A stretch of DNA of 64,000 bases from Takakia lepidozioides (Eukaryota > Plantae > Bryophyta): contig CM060731.1 of NCBI GenBank assembly GCA_030704615.1, positions 41,044,001 to 41,108,000 of the forward strand, written 5' to 3'. Positions 51,217 to 64,000 of this stretch are shown piece by piece. The position numbers and the translations under genes are program-made. Below the pieces are notes generated by a model that saw only the letters and a program-made list of their open reading frames with translations, was not told the DNA's origin and did no database searches. Positions within the stretch are counted from its first letter, which is position 1; each line of letters starts with the position of its first letter.

Positions 51217-54200
51217 ATGGCCGTCCGGCTATCTCCTTCATCGAGTGGCGATGCGAGTAGTTCAGGCAGCGCGGGCTTTATTGAACACACTGTTTCTAAG
51301 CTTGACACTCTGGCGGGCATAGCTATCAAGTATGGCGTCGAGGTATAAACTTTGAAACTTCCCCAATTTCAGTTAGAGTTTGAGATGTAACGCTTCAAAT
51401 TGATCTGTGACAATGCAACAGACAATTGTTGTTTGTCCATTAGTTGAACGAAGGGAAATTAAAAAAATTCTCTGGTAGCGAACTTGCTGTTGTGGAAAGG
51501 GAATTGAGGAGCTCTTAATATATGATAAGCATTCCAGAAATGAGAGGATAACTGGCCGCCCATGGCCCTCTCGTTGTTTCCTGCATCGTGTTCCAGTTTT
51601 ACACTTGCATTCAGATGCGGAATTTGCCAAGAGAGACAATGTTATGTTCAACCTTCGACTTTCCCTCCCTTGCACGTGAAACTCTGCATCATTGTTTCAT
51701 TGACTACACAGCTTCAAAGATTGCCCGAAAATCGTGTTGTGGTTTGCACCTTTGTGGATTCCTGGTGTCTATGGATTGCTAGTAGATTGGATTCATTTAA
51801 TTAGATGCATAATTGCATGCTACAGATTGTAGGGCTACAACACTTACAAGAACCATGTGATGGTTTTTACCTCGAACATGCAGCTTTTGCAGTTTCCATA
51901 TATTGTGAATGATTTGAATGTCACTGCCTGAATCCTCTGCTGTGGTGTAAAAGGGCTGCGGAAAATCAGGAGAGGAGGAATACAAAGAGCTTCATAGAGC
52001 CCTTCCTTAACTGCAGTGATCCCCTCATGGCCTGATACATTTGATCCAGCCATTTTTTGGGATTGGGTGAGCTGTTTGTTTCAGACATGGGCACTTCAAG
52101 CTGTCTGGGTTATTGTTCACATACAGGACCACTGCCATGTATCTGCATGCCTTCCAAGTTTCAATGTGTATGGCCTGGCAATAGGTTACATGATGCCAGC
52201 AAGAGTCGTTTGCTGACCTTCAAAGAGCTGCACTGAGAAGACAATGGCCTTTTATGCCCTTTCAGCGCTCTCATAGGCCAGCATGAATGGAGGGGGCATT
52301 TACAAATAGCTGTTGATAGAAGTTTGATTGTCTTGGTAGAAAGGGCATGACCTTTTTTCCAATTGGGTCATCGTGTTGCAGGTTGCAGATATTAAGCGAA
52401 TGAATGGGTTGGTTACAGACATGCAAATGTTTGCACGCAATACATTGCGAATACCTCTGCCGGGCAGGCATACCCCTTCAGCTGCCCTAGCAAGTCCTCC
52501 AGGCAGATCAGGGTAAGTGAATGGACAGCCCTCTTTAAGGGCAGCTTATGATTAGCTATTCAATGAACTTCCATCATAGCCTGTGACTAAGTTAACAGGA
52601 AACCTAATTAGTCTTTTGCAGACTCGCATTGTCATTAGGTTTTGTTCTGGGGGTCTCATATTGATGGCTTACGACCTAGCTGTAGAAGGGCATTCACTGT
52701 TCACCTGGCCTGTCAATCTAGGTATGGGCATTCATTTGACAATTGTGAAGTTCTCTTTGCTTTGGTCCATAAGAGAAGTTTGGCAAAGGTGAAAACGTTC
52801 GAGCTTCCCATATAAGAATCGTTTTGTACCCTAGGAGCCCTGTGATGCATTTGTCTCTGAAAGAGAGAGGCACATTTGCTGAGGTTGTTCTGTCATTACA
52901 ATTTTAGCTTTGTGCTAGTGTTCTTTCATCTGTCTCGTACCCATGTGCTAGCCTCTTCAAGTTTGCAATATTTTACCAAGTTTGCGGTCAACATTAGGTT
53001 GCCTGGCATTAGCACACTTCATTGTCAACAACAACTTAGCTTTATGTTGGCAATTGCAAAGCTCTCCTTGTAGTTCTGCTCTCACCTCCTCCTACATTGT
53101 CGATTTGCCACACTCTTTCAGTCATTGGAGATTTTAAGCTCAGACAGAAAATGTTGCCACTTGTCATTTTATCTCCTTATGTGTACCAAATGGTCATTGT
53201 TTGAGTAACCTACATGCCTCAGCATCGATTGAGAGTCCTTTTTGTCTTGGTGTTCTGCTATAGGGACGTGACCTTTCCTAGAGCGTTGTGCAGGTTGCTG
53301 TGCAATATTGTAGACAGTTCAAAGAGCAAGTGGTTCTTCTTCTGTCAGTGCAAGAGTGAGTAGGCATGCCGTTGGCCTTCGTGTACCTGCTACACATATT
53401 TGCTCACTGTCTGCTGTGGGTATCAGGCTATTTTGGCCCTGCTCTCCTTATGAGGCAACTTGGATAGCAAAACTGCTTGGTTTCCCAAAAGCTCAATTTT
53501 GAGGGATTCATTGCGGACAGACAGGTAGAAGAGTTGGTTTAGTTCCGCTCCAAAGGTATCAAGGGCAGTGAGGTTATAGCTTAAGAGTGTTTTATTGCGT
53601 GATGCAGATGCTCAAGTTCTTCTACCTGCCCCATGTTTGGCAAGCACCACTCATCTTGCAGCCACGACTCAAGTTCAAGAGATGGCAGCTACAGAGCCAC
53701 GGAAAGGAGGCCTGTGACATCTGCTATGGGCCTGTTGAGGGGTTATTATGGGCTGTCGTCTATGTCCACAGCAGGTAGTGAAGGCAGGGAGATGGCTATC
53801 TACAAATCGAACAAAGATTTTCAGACAGAAGACGAATCATTCTCTCGTATTGTTAGAGGTTCAGAACCTGTCAACACCAGATACTCCTCCAATAGAGGGG
53901 GAGAGGTTGGTTCTTTTGCATTCGCAAAAGAATCTTGTAACAACTTCCTTGACAGCTCTTTGGGTTCTAATTCTGGAGTCCAACATGCTGCAGCAGATGT
54001 TAGTCCATTATCAAGGTCGAGTAGAGATTCCATGGCTAAACTCGAGAAGGCTGGAGATGATGGAGTTGGGAATGATGCAGAGAAAGGAATGAAGGAAAGG
54101 TCAGTTAGGAGGCGTGCAAAAGTTGAGGGTATTGGTGATGAGGTTTCCAGTAGGCAGGATATTGCTGCTGCTGGAGAGAGAGTTGCTGCATCTTGGAGGG

Positions 54201-54550
54201 CTTCAGTCCCTCGGCCAAAAGTAACACCAAAAGCTGGAGCAGAAGCTGAGGCAAATTGCCCCACACCCTGGCCAGGACCCTTTGCCTCTTCAAATGGCTG
54301 GCATAATTGCAATGAAGTGGTTCTGGGAGGGAGTGGAAGTAAGGGCCTTGGGACCACTTTGCTTGGAGGGATGGGGTCAAAAATACGGCGGTCATCGAGT
54401 GTAAGTAGCCTTCAGGAGGAGGGAAAGAGTAAGGGGGATTCTCTAGCACTGCCATTAGCAAGTCAAGGGCCGTTACAAAGTGGGTCCAGATCTAGTGTCT
54501 TAGAAGGTCTTGCAACTATTGCTCGTCGTACCAAGGCTGCGTTAGATTGA
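51217..54550 (+). CDS. Intracellular LysM-domain protein (At5g08200/At5g23130-like)
   Basis: Exons 51217-51342, 52382-52512, 53608-54550: FIEHTVSKLDTLAGIAIKYGVE|VADIKRMNGLVTDMQMFARNTLRIPLPGRH; SAMGLLRGYYGL; C-terminal KAALD. Start may lie further upstream. Confidence 0.9.
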
Positions 54551-55609
54551 CCACCTGTGAGTATTCTTTGGATGCCCTAGAGAGTAGGAGGTTTAGTGCG
54601 TTGCATTGATTCCACCTGCTCTAGAGGGTAGCCCTCTCCTCTCTCGTTTTGGTACCGTCATTGCTGCACTAGTCAATAACAGTCTATCAAACCAACCAGA
54701 AGAACCACTCTTTGATGGGACTCTGTCCAGAAGGTCAGAGCTGCGATCCCATGAAGTAGTGTAGTAGCCCTAGCAACGAGACTTTCGATGATGTTGGCAT
54801 CTCCGTTGATTATTTGGCTTGTTTAGTGGCCTTGTGGGCGGTCTTTTGGTCATCAAAAGTGAAGTCCCATTATTCCTTTGTTTTTAACATATATGTTCAT
54901 GTATATGTCACGTTGTTTCACACATGCCAAGTATCACCTCATGAGAACGTGACCCTATTCCACAGTGCTTGTTGAATGTGGGTGGGAGAGAAGTATACAC
55001 TCAAGAATTAGGGACTATCTGGTTGAATGTTGGTCATGTGATGTAACTCGCGGTTGAAGTCCATGCCTCCATCAAGCCAAAACCTGGAGTCTGAAAACTC
55101 ACTACTTTATTTAGAATCATGTAAGGCAATTCTTAATCATGACAGGCAATGCATCTCTACATTACTTGGTTTTATCTTCATACATGTGTTAACTGACCTC
55201 ACTTTGACAAGTAGACTGTGACTCTCATCACATCCAACATGAATTGTGAAAATGTTGTAGAGTGATAACTCACACTGTTGCAGAGTGATAACTCAGTGCC
55301 CAGTTGAGGCAAAGACATCATATGCAACACCTTGACTCAGCACTGACCACAACATTTTTTCCTTGCAATGGGTTGGTAGGGAGGATTATCCAACTACTAA
55401 GTTACAAACTGAACAGCAAAGAGGTTTGATTCAACTACCTAGATAGGCACACAAGATTTCTTCCTTTCTTTTTCACCTGGGTGTGTAGCACTCTGACAAG
55501 AGGATAAAGGGTGGCCCACCCATAAGCTCTCCTTTGGGTCAAACGCAGTGGGAGAGAAAGCTGGATCGTCACCATCGGCATCGCTACCTTGGTCTGGTGA
55601 GCTGCGAAG

Positions 55610-58600
55610 ATGGTGGCAGCCATGGCCAGCTTGCCCACAGTGGGTATTGCTGGACCCAGCAGGGCGCTGCTGGGCAGCCCTGCACTGGGCGCAAGCTTGC
55701 ATTCGCCTTCTTCCTTTCCTCGAAATCACTCGGCTGGCCTTCTCCCCCTGTGCGTTGCGCAGCATCAGAGCGACCGTAGCTTGTCCAATGACACAGCTGG
55801 AATGACAAGCAGAGTTGGTGGTGTGTTGATGCCCCTGTTGGCTGCCGCCCTCGTTGGTGAGTCAGTCTGCATCTTTCACGCTGTGTGACTGGGAGGCATG
55901 GCATCGCCATTCTCATGGTAAACGTGTCTTTGCAGTAGTTATCAGAGAGTTTAGTGCAAAAGTGGCGCATAGACGAGCTACAGGCACGAGCCTAGCTGTT
56001 TTAGGAGACGGGTACACGTGCATGTCCTTCGGATTGATCCGATTCAAGTAATCCTGTTCATTTGAGGGTGCACGAATAGAGGCCTTTCATTAATGTAGAA
56101 CCGATAGATTACTGCTCCTGTCCTTCCTTTTTCCCCTGTGGATTTTGAATGCTGTGTGTGTGGATTGTTGTGGAATTGACTCTCAGCGCTATGAAGCAGC
56201 CTGAATCGCTAAAGTAAGTCGAGTCTTTGATTGCAAGCAGGAGAACTCCAAATATCTTGTCTGCTTATGCCCACTATATCTAGATGTAGCGGTGTATGGG
56301 CCTCGAAGCGTCTAGATTCTCGGATTGCAAAGGTCTGAAAGTAGCCACCATGCTGTCTAACTTCGCAGCTTGCCACTTTTCGTGCTGTTCTGCATTGATG
56401 TATGGATGATAATCATATGGGTGTTGATGATTGGAAGAGAGCTGCTGTACACTTACAATTTAAGTGTGGGTAATGGAGGTCAGGTGGGGGCCAGATAATG
56501 GAGGCAGTGATGGCTCCAGCCCCCGCACTGGCTGTGGGTGTCGTGGATGTTGCAGACCCATCAGGCCAGGATACATACAGGGATCTCCTTCAGAAATTTA
56601 AGGTGTGACTTTGTGGGTTTTGTGATCCCTTGATCCCTCACATGTGAGCCTCAAAACTGTTGGTTGTTGCTCAGTAAGATAATTGCTTTAGTACACCTAT
56701 CATAACAGATAGGTAACATTGAGACCTAACCTGCCAGGGAATTTTTCCACTGGTCATAATGAGGTTTTATTTGGAGATGTGTTTGTAGCACAGTTTGTCA
56801 TTATCTGCATGCTACAAAGTGACCATTGCTTGACGTAGTTTCTGAAGGATCAGCCTGTAATGGAATTGGTATGCAAGGGTACATACGTGATGTGTCACGG
56901 TCACGACGTGGTGGATGGCAGGAGAGAAGAGAAAAAGCACTGACGCCATCAGCACCAGGTCCAGAAGCGCCAGAAGAGCAGCAAGAACAGGAGAGCCCTT
57001 CATCGTCCGCACTTACGGTAAGTAAATAGCTCTTAATGGAGCGACTGGAATTTGCAAAATGAGATTGAGATGGGGCACATAGTCCTCAGCTAAAGGAGCT
57101 CATAGCACGTTTGGCCGCAAACGATTGTGAACAGAAGTCCAGCAAAACAAGAATCATCCACCAAAAGATTTGATGACAAAAATTCCAAGATAGCTGGTCC
57201 TGCTCCCTGCCCAAAGCTGTTGGTGGTCCAATAACAATGCCTTGCCAACTAGTGGGATGGCACTCCATCGGGGTTTGAACTTTCCTGTACCTTAAGCAGA
57301 TTCATGAATCTAAACCTCTATTGGCAAGGAACTCTACTTCAGCAGATGACAAACTCATGTTAGCACCACAGAACTATGTTGGCCTGCATGCGCCTGTGGA
57401 CTCTGGCCACTTAGTTATTATATCTATTTCTTCATTTTACCTGAGAGGTCTGGTCCCCAAACAGGGTAACTAAGGTGTTGTTATAACCCATTCCCTTAAG
57501 TCATCAAGCAAATCTTCCACTGACACTCCGGCCGGCACATGGTTTTTACCAATGAACAGCCTGTGCAGTCATTTGCACTTCTTGGAAATTAGCATGTTCA
57601 AGGGTTATACTTTTGGGACTCCTTTTGGTAAGTTCTAGATAGGGCATGAATAAAGTGTTTTGCCGGCTCTTTTGGTTACTCTTCATTGGTTCCAACAAGA
57701 TCTATGGTATAATTTGATTGGTAAGGAACTATTATATTGATGCGTGTAGATTGGGAAACCAGCCTGATAAACACTGCTTTGGGTGGCAGCGGCTGAAAGA
57801 GAAAGCAGAGAAGGCCCGAAAAGAGAGAGAGGCCAATGAATTGAAGGTGACTAATGAACAAAAGATTGCTCGGGATCAAATAGAGAAGGAGAGGGCTGCC
57901 AGGGAGAAAGAAGCTGCTACCAGGCAATCTATTGCTGAGAAGGAGAAGGCCGTGGTTGAGAAGGTACAGGATGTGGATTGGTCTTTCCATCACCACTTGC
58001 GGAATATTTGTATGCTTGGGAGGGTTCACTGATCTGGGTGAATCTATTCATGTGAGTTCAGATAGAGTTTCGTTATGCTCTGGACATCCATGGTTGAGAC
58101 ATGGATGTCAAATGTGCTTTCCTTTCAGGCATTGTCAACAAAACGTACATGTCCTGTCCTTTCAGGCATTCTAAATATACTGAGGTGGTAGCTGTGCAAT
58201 TGTCCTTTGGGAATAGACTGCAGCACAGAAAGCAGAGGTTGCGGTGCCGACAAAAAATGTTAAGCAGAAGAGCCATGGCTTTTTGCCTCTGTTCGTGTCA
58301 CAGTTCTTTCTTCTTTTAGCTACTGTTGGCGCGGGTGTTGCCCTTTTTGTCTTGCCTGAAAGCTCCTGGAAAGATGTCCAACAGGTAAACTCTCAGCTCA
58401 TAGTTTCTTTGGGTATTTCTGGATGCTATACACATTAGTTGAGTGCTGTTTGGTACACCTCATACCTTTGAAAGGACCGCTTCATTATCACAGGCCTGGT
58501 AGCCAAATCATTGATTTCTTGTGGACATACATACGATCTGATGCTGTTTGGTAGGTCAAGAATACCTGCTCATGGAATGATCACAGCCAGAGACAGCCCC

Positions 58601-59453
58601 TGCACAAGAACATAGGAAATTAACTGCCTTGTCAGGCACTTCCTCTGATTCTTGACTTGATTTCACTTTAGCAGTACACCCAAGTTTGTGGATAAGTGAC
58701 GATTGGTTTGAACCTCGGCTGAAGTAATGTGCTTTACGCTTCTTCAGCAAGATATGGCACAACTGTGTGCTAAGGCTGATAAGAGGGAAGGGACAATGGT
58801 GTGGTGCAGAAAGTGGATGACGCTGTGGAGAAGGCAACCCCAATTGTGGAAGATGTCATTGTCAAAGCCACACCTGTGGCGACACAGGTGTACCTTCATG
58901 AATCCCGGCACTTGGTGACATGCCAAGGATATGATTTGGGCTAACAGCAAGAGGCTTTGCTCAATGAGAGGGATTACTTGACTCAAAAGTTCCCTTGTTA
59001 TCTAGTGTCGGATCTGCTGTGAGCTGAGGTTAACCTGAATTATGTGCATGAATGCTAATGTGCCCATCAAGTGAAGAAAATCATTGAATAAGGACAAGGG
59101 TTTCTGATCATACTGACAAATGGACAGTGACTTTACATCACTACTGAATATAGCAGCAGTCTTTTGATTTCTCTCCCCCCTCATATGACCTCATATAAGG
59201 AATCTTTTGCACGTCCCCGTTGATCCTTGTACCTGACAGAAGATTATCTAAGCTGAAGCATGATGCAAATGTGCAGGCATGGCAGAAAGCACAGGAAGCA
59301 GGTGAGCAGGCAAAGCCTTATGTAGTGCGAGCCTGGGAGGGGGCCAAGCCCCTGGCTGCAAAGGCTGTGGAGGCTTCAAAGCCAGTGTTGAAGGATGCTC
59401 AATTGAAGGCTGCAAATTTGCTGCAGCAAGCACAGAAGAACCTCAATCAGTAG
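55610..59453 (+). CDS. Uncharacterised plastid/thylakoid-targeted single-pass membrane protein
   Basis: Phase-consistent exons 55610-55856, 56484-56602, 56922-57017, 57790-57963, 58217-58384, 58810-58887, 59277-59453. Ser/Ala-rich transit peptide, hydrophobic stretch ending in PALA, E/K coiled coil, TM FLPLFVSQFFLLLATVGAGVALFVL, amphipathic 11-mer-like tail. Confidence 0.75.
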
Positions 59454-61273
59454 TCTAGGCCTGCCTACCTGTTGAACGACTGGCCCCTATGAATAGAGCA
59501 TCCAGAGGAGACAGCTGATCAAAATGAGTAGTTATTGTGCTGTCTGCTTCAGTTTTGCCACTGCCTAGAGTTCTTAGTTCATCTGTAAGGTGCGGAAGAA
59601 TTAGTAAAAATCGACTGAAGCATGTTTATTTTCATACGTTAATTTACAGGTCATTCAATCTTCCTTCTGTAGATCGCAGTATATGTTATCACCCTCAACA
59701 TAAACTACTTCCATAGTGACTTGTTATGAACTTCATGTGAAAAATCTCACCTGAAATAGTCAGTAGTACTCTATGTAGACTTCATTCTCAGAAACATAAC
59801 GAAATGCAGAACAGAGATTTGACTCTCTTGGGTATGGGCCCACTTGTTGCGTGGTTGTCAAACCCAGTTTGTAGACAGTTTCTAGTAGACATCTCCAATG
59901 GACCCTCCATATACTCTGTCCTGCAAGTTTTCTGTGAACGTGAGCTCTACTCTGCTTTGGTTCTAACTGACCACCCTTGAAAGAATATTGGTTTGAGAAA
60001 ACCACCTCTGGCATGGCCAGCTCTTTTAACCTGACAAAAGGCTCAATCTTTGTATCACTTTCACTTCTACAAAATGCAGTGTCTCTGGTAGATAAAGGGC
60101 GTTCTGTGAAATGGCGCCTCTATGAAAGAGATTGTTGTAATGTGTTGTGGTCTCGAGAAGAAATCCGGGGCCAATACCAGGATCATAGATGGAGCTGTAT
60201 TTTTTATTTTGTATTTTGTGTAGCTATGGAGCTCCTTGCAACGGTGCACCAATGTTGCTTATGAAGTTTATAAAGAGGAACTGCAAAGGTTCACCATCAA
60301 ATGGAATGACCTATGCTGCAGCGGAAAAGAAAACAGAGACCACACATTCAGATGTAAATCTGGGGTTCATGTGATTGAGGTATTGTGCCAAGTGCCACAC
60401 AGCAGTTCACACACTCTTGGATATGTCCAGCGCCCACACATAAGACATCAGTTGCTAGCAGGTAATTTTGTCATTCAGATATTCTCTTACGGATCTCCCA
60501 TCATATTTGTTATTCCTCTATCCCTTCAACCTTTGCCTTAAATCTTGTATCGCAATGTCATTTCCCGGCGGTCCGTACCTCCCTTCTCTCACCTGAGCTC
60601 ACTGAACTACATGAATGCAATGGTTTTACTCCATGGTCTCTCCGGGCTTTCCCAGCAACTCAATCAATTACTGGACCATCAGGACTTGGTGCGCCACCTC
60701 TCTGAACTCTTTGGCAAGGACAGATTTCCTTTGACGGATTAGGTGCGATTTTTACCAAGATCAAGTCTCATATCCTTTTTACTACAAACGCCTACTTGCG
60801 GCACTGGTCTCACTACTCTGATTCCTCTCACAGCAGCATCCTCCCTACAGGCTCATGCAAGGCCCTCGGCCCTCCTTGCATTTCAGAAATCTCCCTCTTA
60901 AAACAGCTATGGCAAGGCAGCTATGTCCCTTCCAGCCACATAGTTTTTGTTGAACTACTAGCCCACATGTGCATGCTCATGCATTTGGTCCCACCTGGTC
61001 AGCGAAAGGGTGTTGTGAGAATTTCTTTTGTGCTACAGGGCTTAGTGTGCTTCCATCTGGAGACACTAACACCTGAGGAAATCTGTATAAATACAAGGGA
61101 GGAGTTTGAGAGTCCCCTAGTGGCTGACCAAGACGACCTACACTGTCCCAGAGGAGAGTAAAGGCTCAGTGGAACTCCGAGACAACAGAATCTACAGCAC
61201 AGAGCCAGGGTCACACAGAGGAGGGGCCAAAAATTGGAGATGAGAGACTACTACGTTGCAATTTGGCAGTCTC

Positions 61274-63929
61274 TCATGCAAAGCTGCCACTGCTGGGGGG
61301 ACTGTTGGAGCCTCTGTACTGAACCATGAGCTTAATGGCATTACTTCCTGAAAAGCGTGTCACCTCGATACACTCTTGCAAGTCAGCGTCACAAGCAAGT
61401 ACCATCCATTCTGCATCATCGTCCAGGTACTTTAGATCAAAGTCCTGCTCTCCCAGTTGGAATCTGCACCCTATCTGGTCTCTCAAATCCAAATACAGTA
61501 CAGTTGGGGGAAGCTTAAACCGCACAGTGTCAGATTCCAATGTGACCTTCACTGTGATGGCTGAAGCCTCATCCTGGGGCAGGCGGCTAGTACCCCTGCT
61601 TGATGATGGTGGTGAGCCACAGTTGCTGGCTCCCTGAGGTGAATCCACGTCAGACAAGTCTGGCTGAGCATTTCCCTCCCTCTCCTGATCAGGCTCATTG
61701 AGTCTGTTATAGGCCTGGTCATCGCCATCAGGACTAGTGGATGACTCCAGGACCTTCAGTCCAACAGATGACGGAAAGTTTGCTCTGTGCAATGTTGCCA
61801 GGGCCATATAACCCCCATGCACTTGTGTGTCTTTGCCAAACATAGCTCCTAAAACCCCAGCCCCTGAGTCATCCTCAGCAAGAGTGTTGTGAGTGCTGCA
61901 TCCTGGATGTGTAGTTGTCAGACCTGCAGCTGTTGAGACATTCTCTGGAGGGAAATCGGCCCCTCTGTGTGAGGTTGACGTGGAAGCATTTCCGATGCCT
62001 GCGCTTTGGCAGGAGTTCCTATCAGTGATTCTCTGAATTTCCGCAGTTTGCAGCCCAAGAGCACCATCATCAGCAGTAAATAATCTTACGTCATTTGCGT
62101 CCCTTTGATCTCCCGAGGAAGAACCCCTCAAGCTCAAGTTTGTTGCAGCTGGCTTAAATGAATTATTTTGAGGAGACAACAAAGCATGGATACCATCTTC
62201 ACTTATTGTCGCTGGTGACCTGTCTGTGATCCCCTTGATGGTCACAAGCTGTTCCTTGGTATCACTATCCTTGAGAGGTGGAGTAATGACCGAATTTCCG
62301 TCCATCTGTGACATCTCCTTCCCAATTCGTATTCCTGTCACTATGGCTGCTGAAGATGCTAGGTCACCTGTTAGTGCATTGATGTGCAGTGCTCCATCTG
62401 CAACGTGTACTGAATCAAACACGCCCTGCAGCTTTTTTAGAGAGCGATTTACTTTGTTAATTTTTCGTGATGGCCACCTCGAGATCCCGTGTTGCCGGCA
62501 AATCCTTTTGAGTGTTGTTGGGCACACTGCATCAGACCGCGGATGTGGGACCACCTTAGTACTCCCAGTCACTGGATATGTCCAGAAATAACAGAGTTGT
62601 GCAAAAAATTGCATGAGGCTCTTAGGATGGCTGCAGGATGTTGAACAAGGTGAACTAAGTTCTATTTTGCTCCATTTAGGTTAAGGCAGTTGCATGCCGA
62701 ACAGCTGCAAAGCTGTCCCTCCAAGAATTCCTGATCTGTAACAATCTCAAGATGTGGACGCAGCTAAATTCTTTATCACGGCAAGCATTTTTTCATTAGC
62801 AAGTCTTAAGTAAAGTAAATTCCTACCTATGGATCTCTGGCTCTCATGCACTTTGGGTTCCAAACATCAAAGTCAGGAAAGGGAATCTTAGGGGCAAACC
62901 TCCAAGGTTCTTTGCAGCATTCTTCAGGCTGCCAGTGAAGTACTTTTGAAGCATATCGAGACCAATTGTCTTCTCAGTTGTCCCTCGCCTCCTGTCTAGC
63001 CTTTGCCTATGATTTCTGGCATCCTTCTCCAATGCAACCCCTGCCACAGAAGTTGTACCAGCAACCCCTTCTTCCATTATGCCTCTCTCGAATGATGTGG
63101 ACAGCTGCGGCTGCAATGGCGTCTCCGGTTGCTGTTGTAAAGTTTGTCGTACTTCTTTCTGACCTGGTGCTGATTGGGTTGCACCATCCTGAGTCATAAA
63201 AGGGTTGGTTGGATAGAAACCACCTACACATGAGGCATTGGTTGTGTCTCTGTCCACAGCATCAACGCACTTTGACAAGTTACTCTCAGCTTCTGAATAT
63301 TCCTCGAGGACAGCAGCTGCCCTTTCTTCCTCCAGCTCCGTGTCAGTAACTGTGCGCAAGCTTCTACAGACATGCTGCATTGTGATGGAGAGGGAATTCA
63401 ACATCACTTGCTGGACATCGCTTTCAGTGCAAGTTGGCGGTAGGAAAAACTCCAGGACAAAGTCATCACTGCCAGAGTGAGTGCTTCTAAGCCGAATGGC
63501 AACAGCTGCAGCTAGGCCAAACCACTGTGCATAATGTGCAAGTGGATACTCGATCTTGGTATAATTCTTCACATCCCTTTCAAAAAAAGGCAGGTTGGAA
63601 TCAAATGCCTTGCCTGGCACCCCCTGTCCCTTCTCTAGAGAATGCTCTAGACATGCATACCGGAATCCCCACATGTTGGAAGCATCTCCAACATAGCAGG
63701 GGCCATCTCCTGTACGAAGCCTCGTTCTGCAGCTACTATGGCTAAAGCAGTTGCTCCTGCAGGCACTCATGCTGTTGTTTTCGAACCTAACCCTCTTACT
63801 CCCATTTATTGTTATGGCATCCATCTCAAAATGGGTGCCAGGCACCCAAGTCTGAGCAAATGGCAATTTATGAGTCTCACACACAGCTGTCAACACCTGT
63901 GCAATCTCCGCCAATGCAGCTTCGCGGCC
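61274..63929 (-). CDS. NLP: NIN-like protein (GAF C-terminal part, RWP-RK, PB1), 5' exons beyond window
   Basis: Exons 63929-62900 and 62526-61274: [36 protein letters not shown]; [14 protein letters not shown]|[26 protein letters not shown]; PB1 [34 protein letters not shown]. Confidence 0.96.
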
Positions 63930-64000
63930 CTGTGTGCACATCTGATGCATCGGACACATTAATTAGCACAGAATAACTTACAACTAACTAATTTTCAGCA

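Noticed and set aside
53821-54461. Long antisense ORFs over the LysM last exon
   Set aside because: Shadow frames of a real coding exon.

Overview
Eukaryotic nuclear DNA from a plant, most likely a non-seed land plant (inferred from spliceosomal introns, PLS-type PPR remnants, an NLP and a soluble acyl-ACP desaturase). Host genes: SKIP17-like F-box/LRR gene (partial, +), organellar SSB (+), RNF5/RMA-like RING E3 with acidic repeats (-), acyl-ACP desaturase (+), LysM-domain protein (+), an unrecognised thylakoid-targeted membrane protein (+) and a NIN-like RWP-RK/PB1 factor (partial, -). The middle (~15.6-45 kb) is a transposon nest: a short non-autonomous LTR element plus an inverted partial copy, a rearranged CACTA element next to an FCP1/NIF-like pseudophosphatase, two TTAA/CCC piggyBac-like non-autonomous elements, PPR pseudogenes and two diverged, decayed Ty3/Gypsy elements of one unusual lineage. 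The best candidate for a new system is that Gypsy lineage. Both copies carry a dUTPase-fold domain just before RT with the same active-site changes, and both carry a homologous unknown ORF upstream of gag. One copy also keeps a retrovirus-like -1 gag-pol frameshift signal and has an LTR-junction-like palindrome where the PPT should be. All calls were made by eye from the sequence and ORF track; no searches were run.
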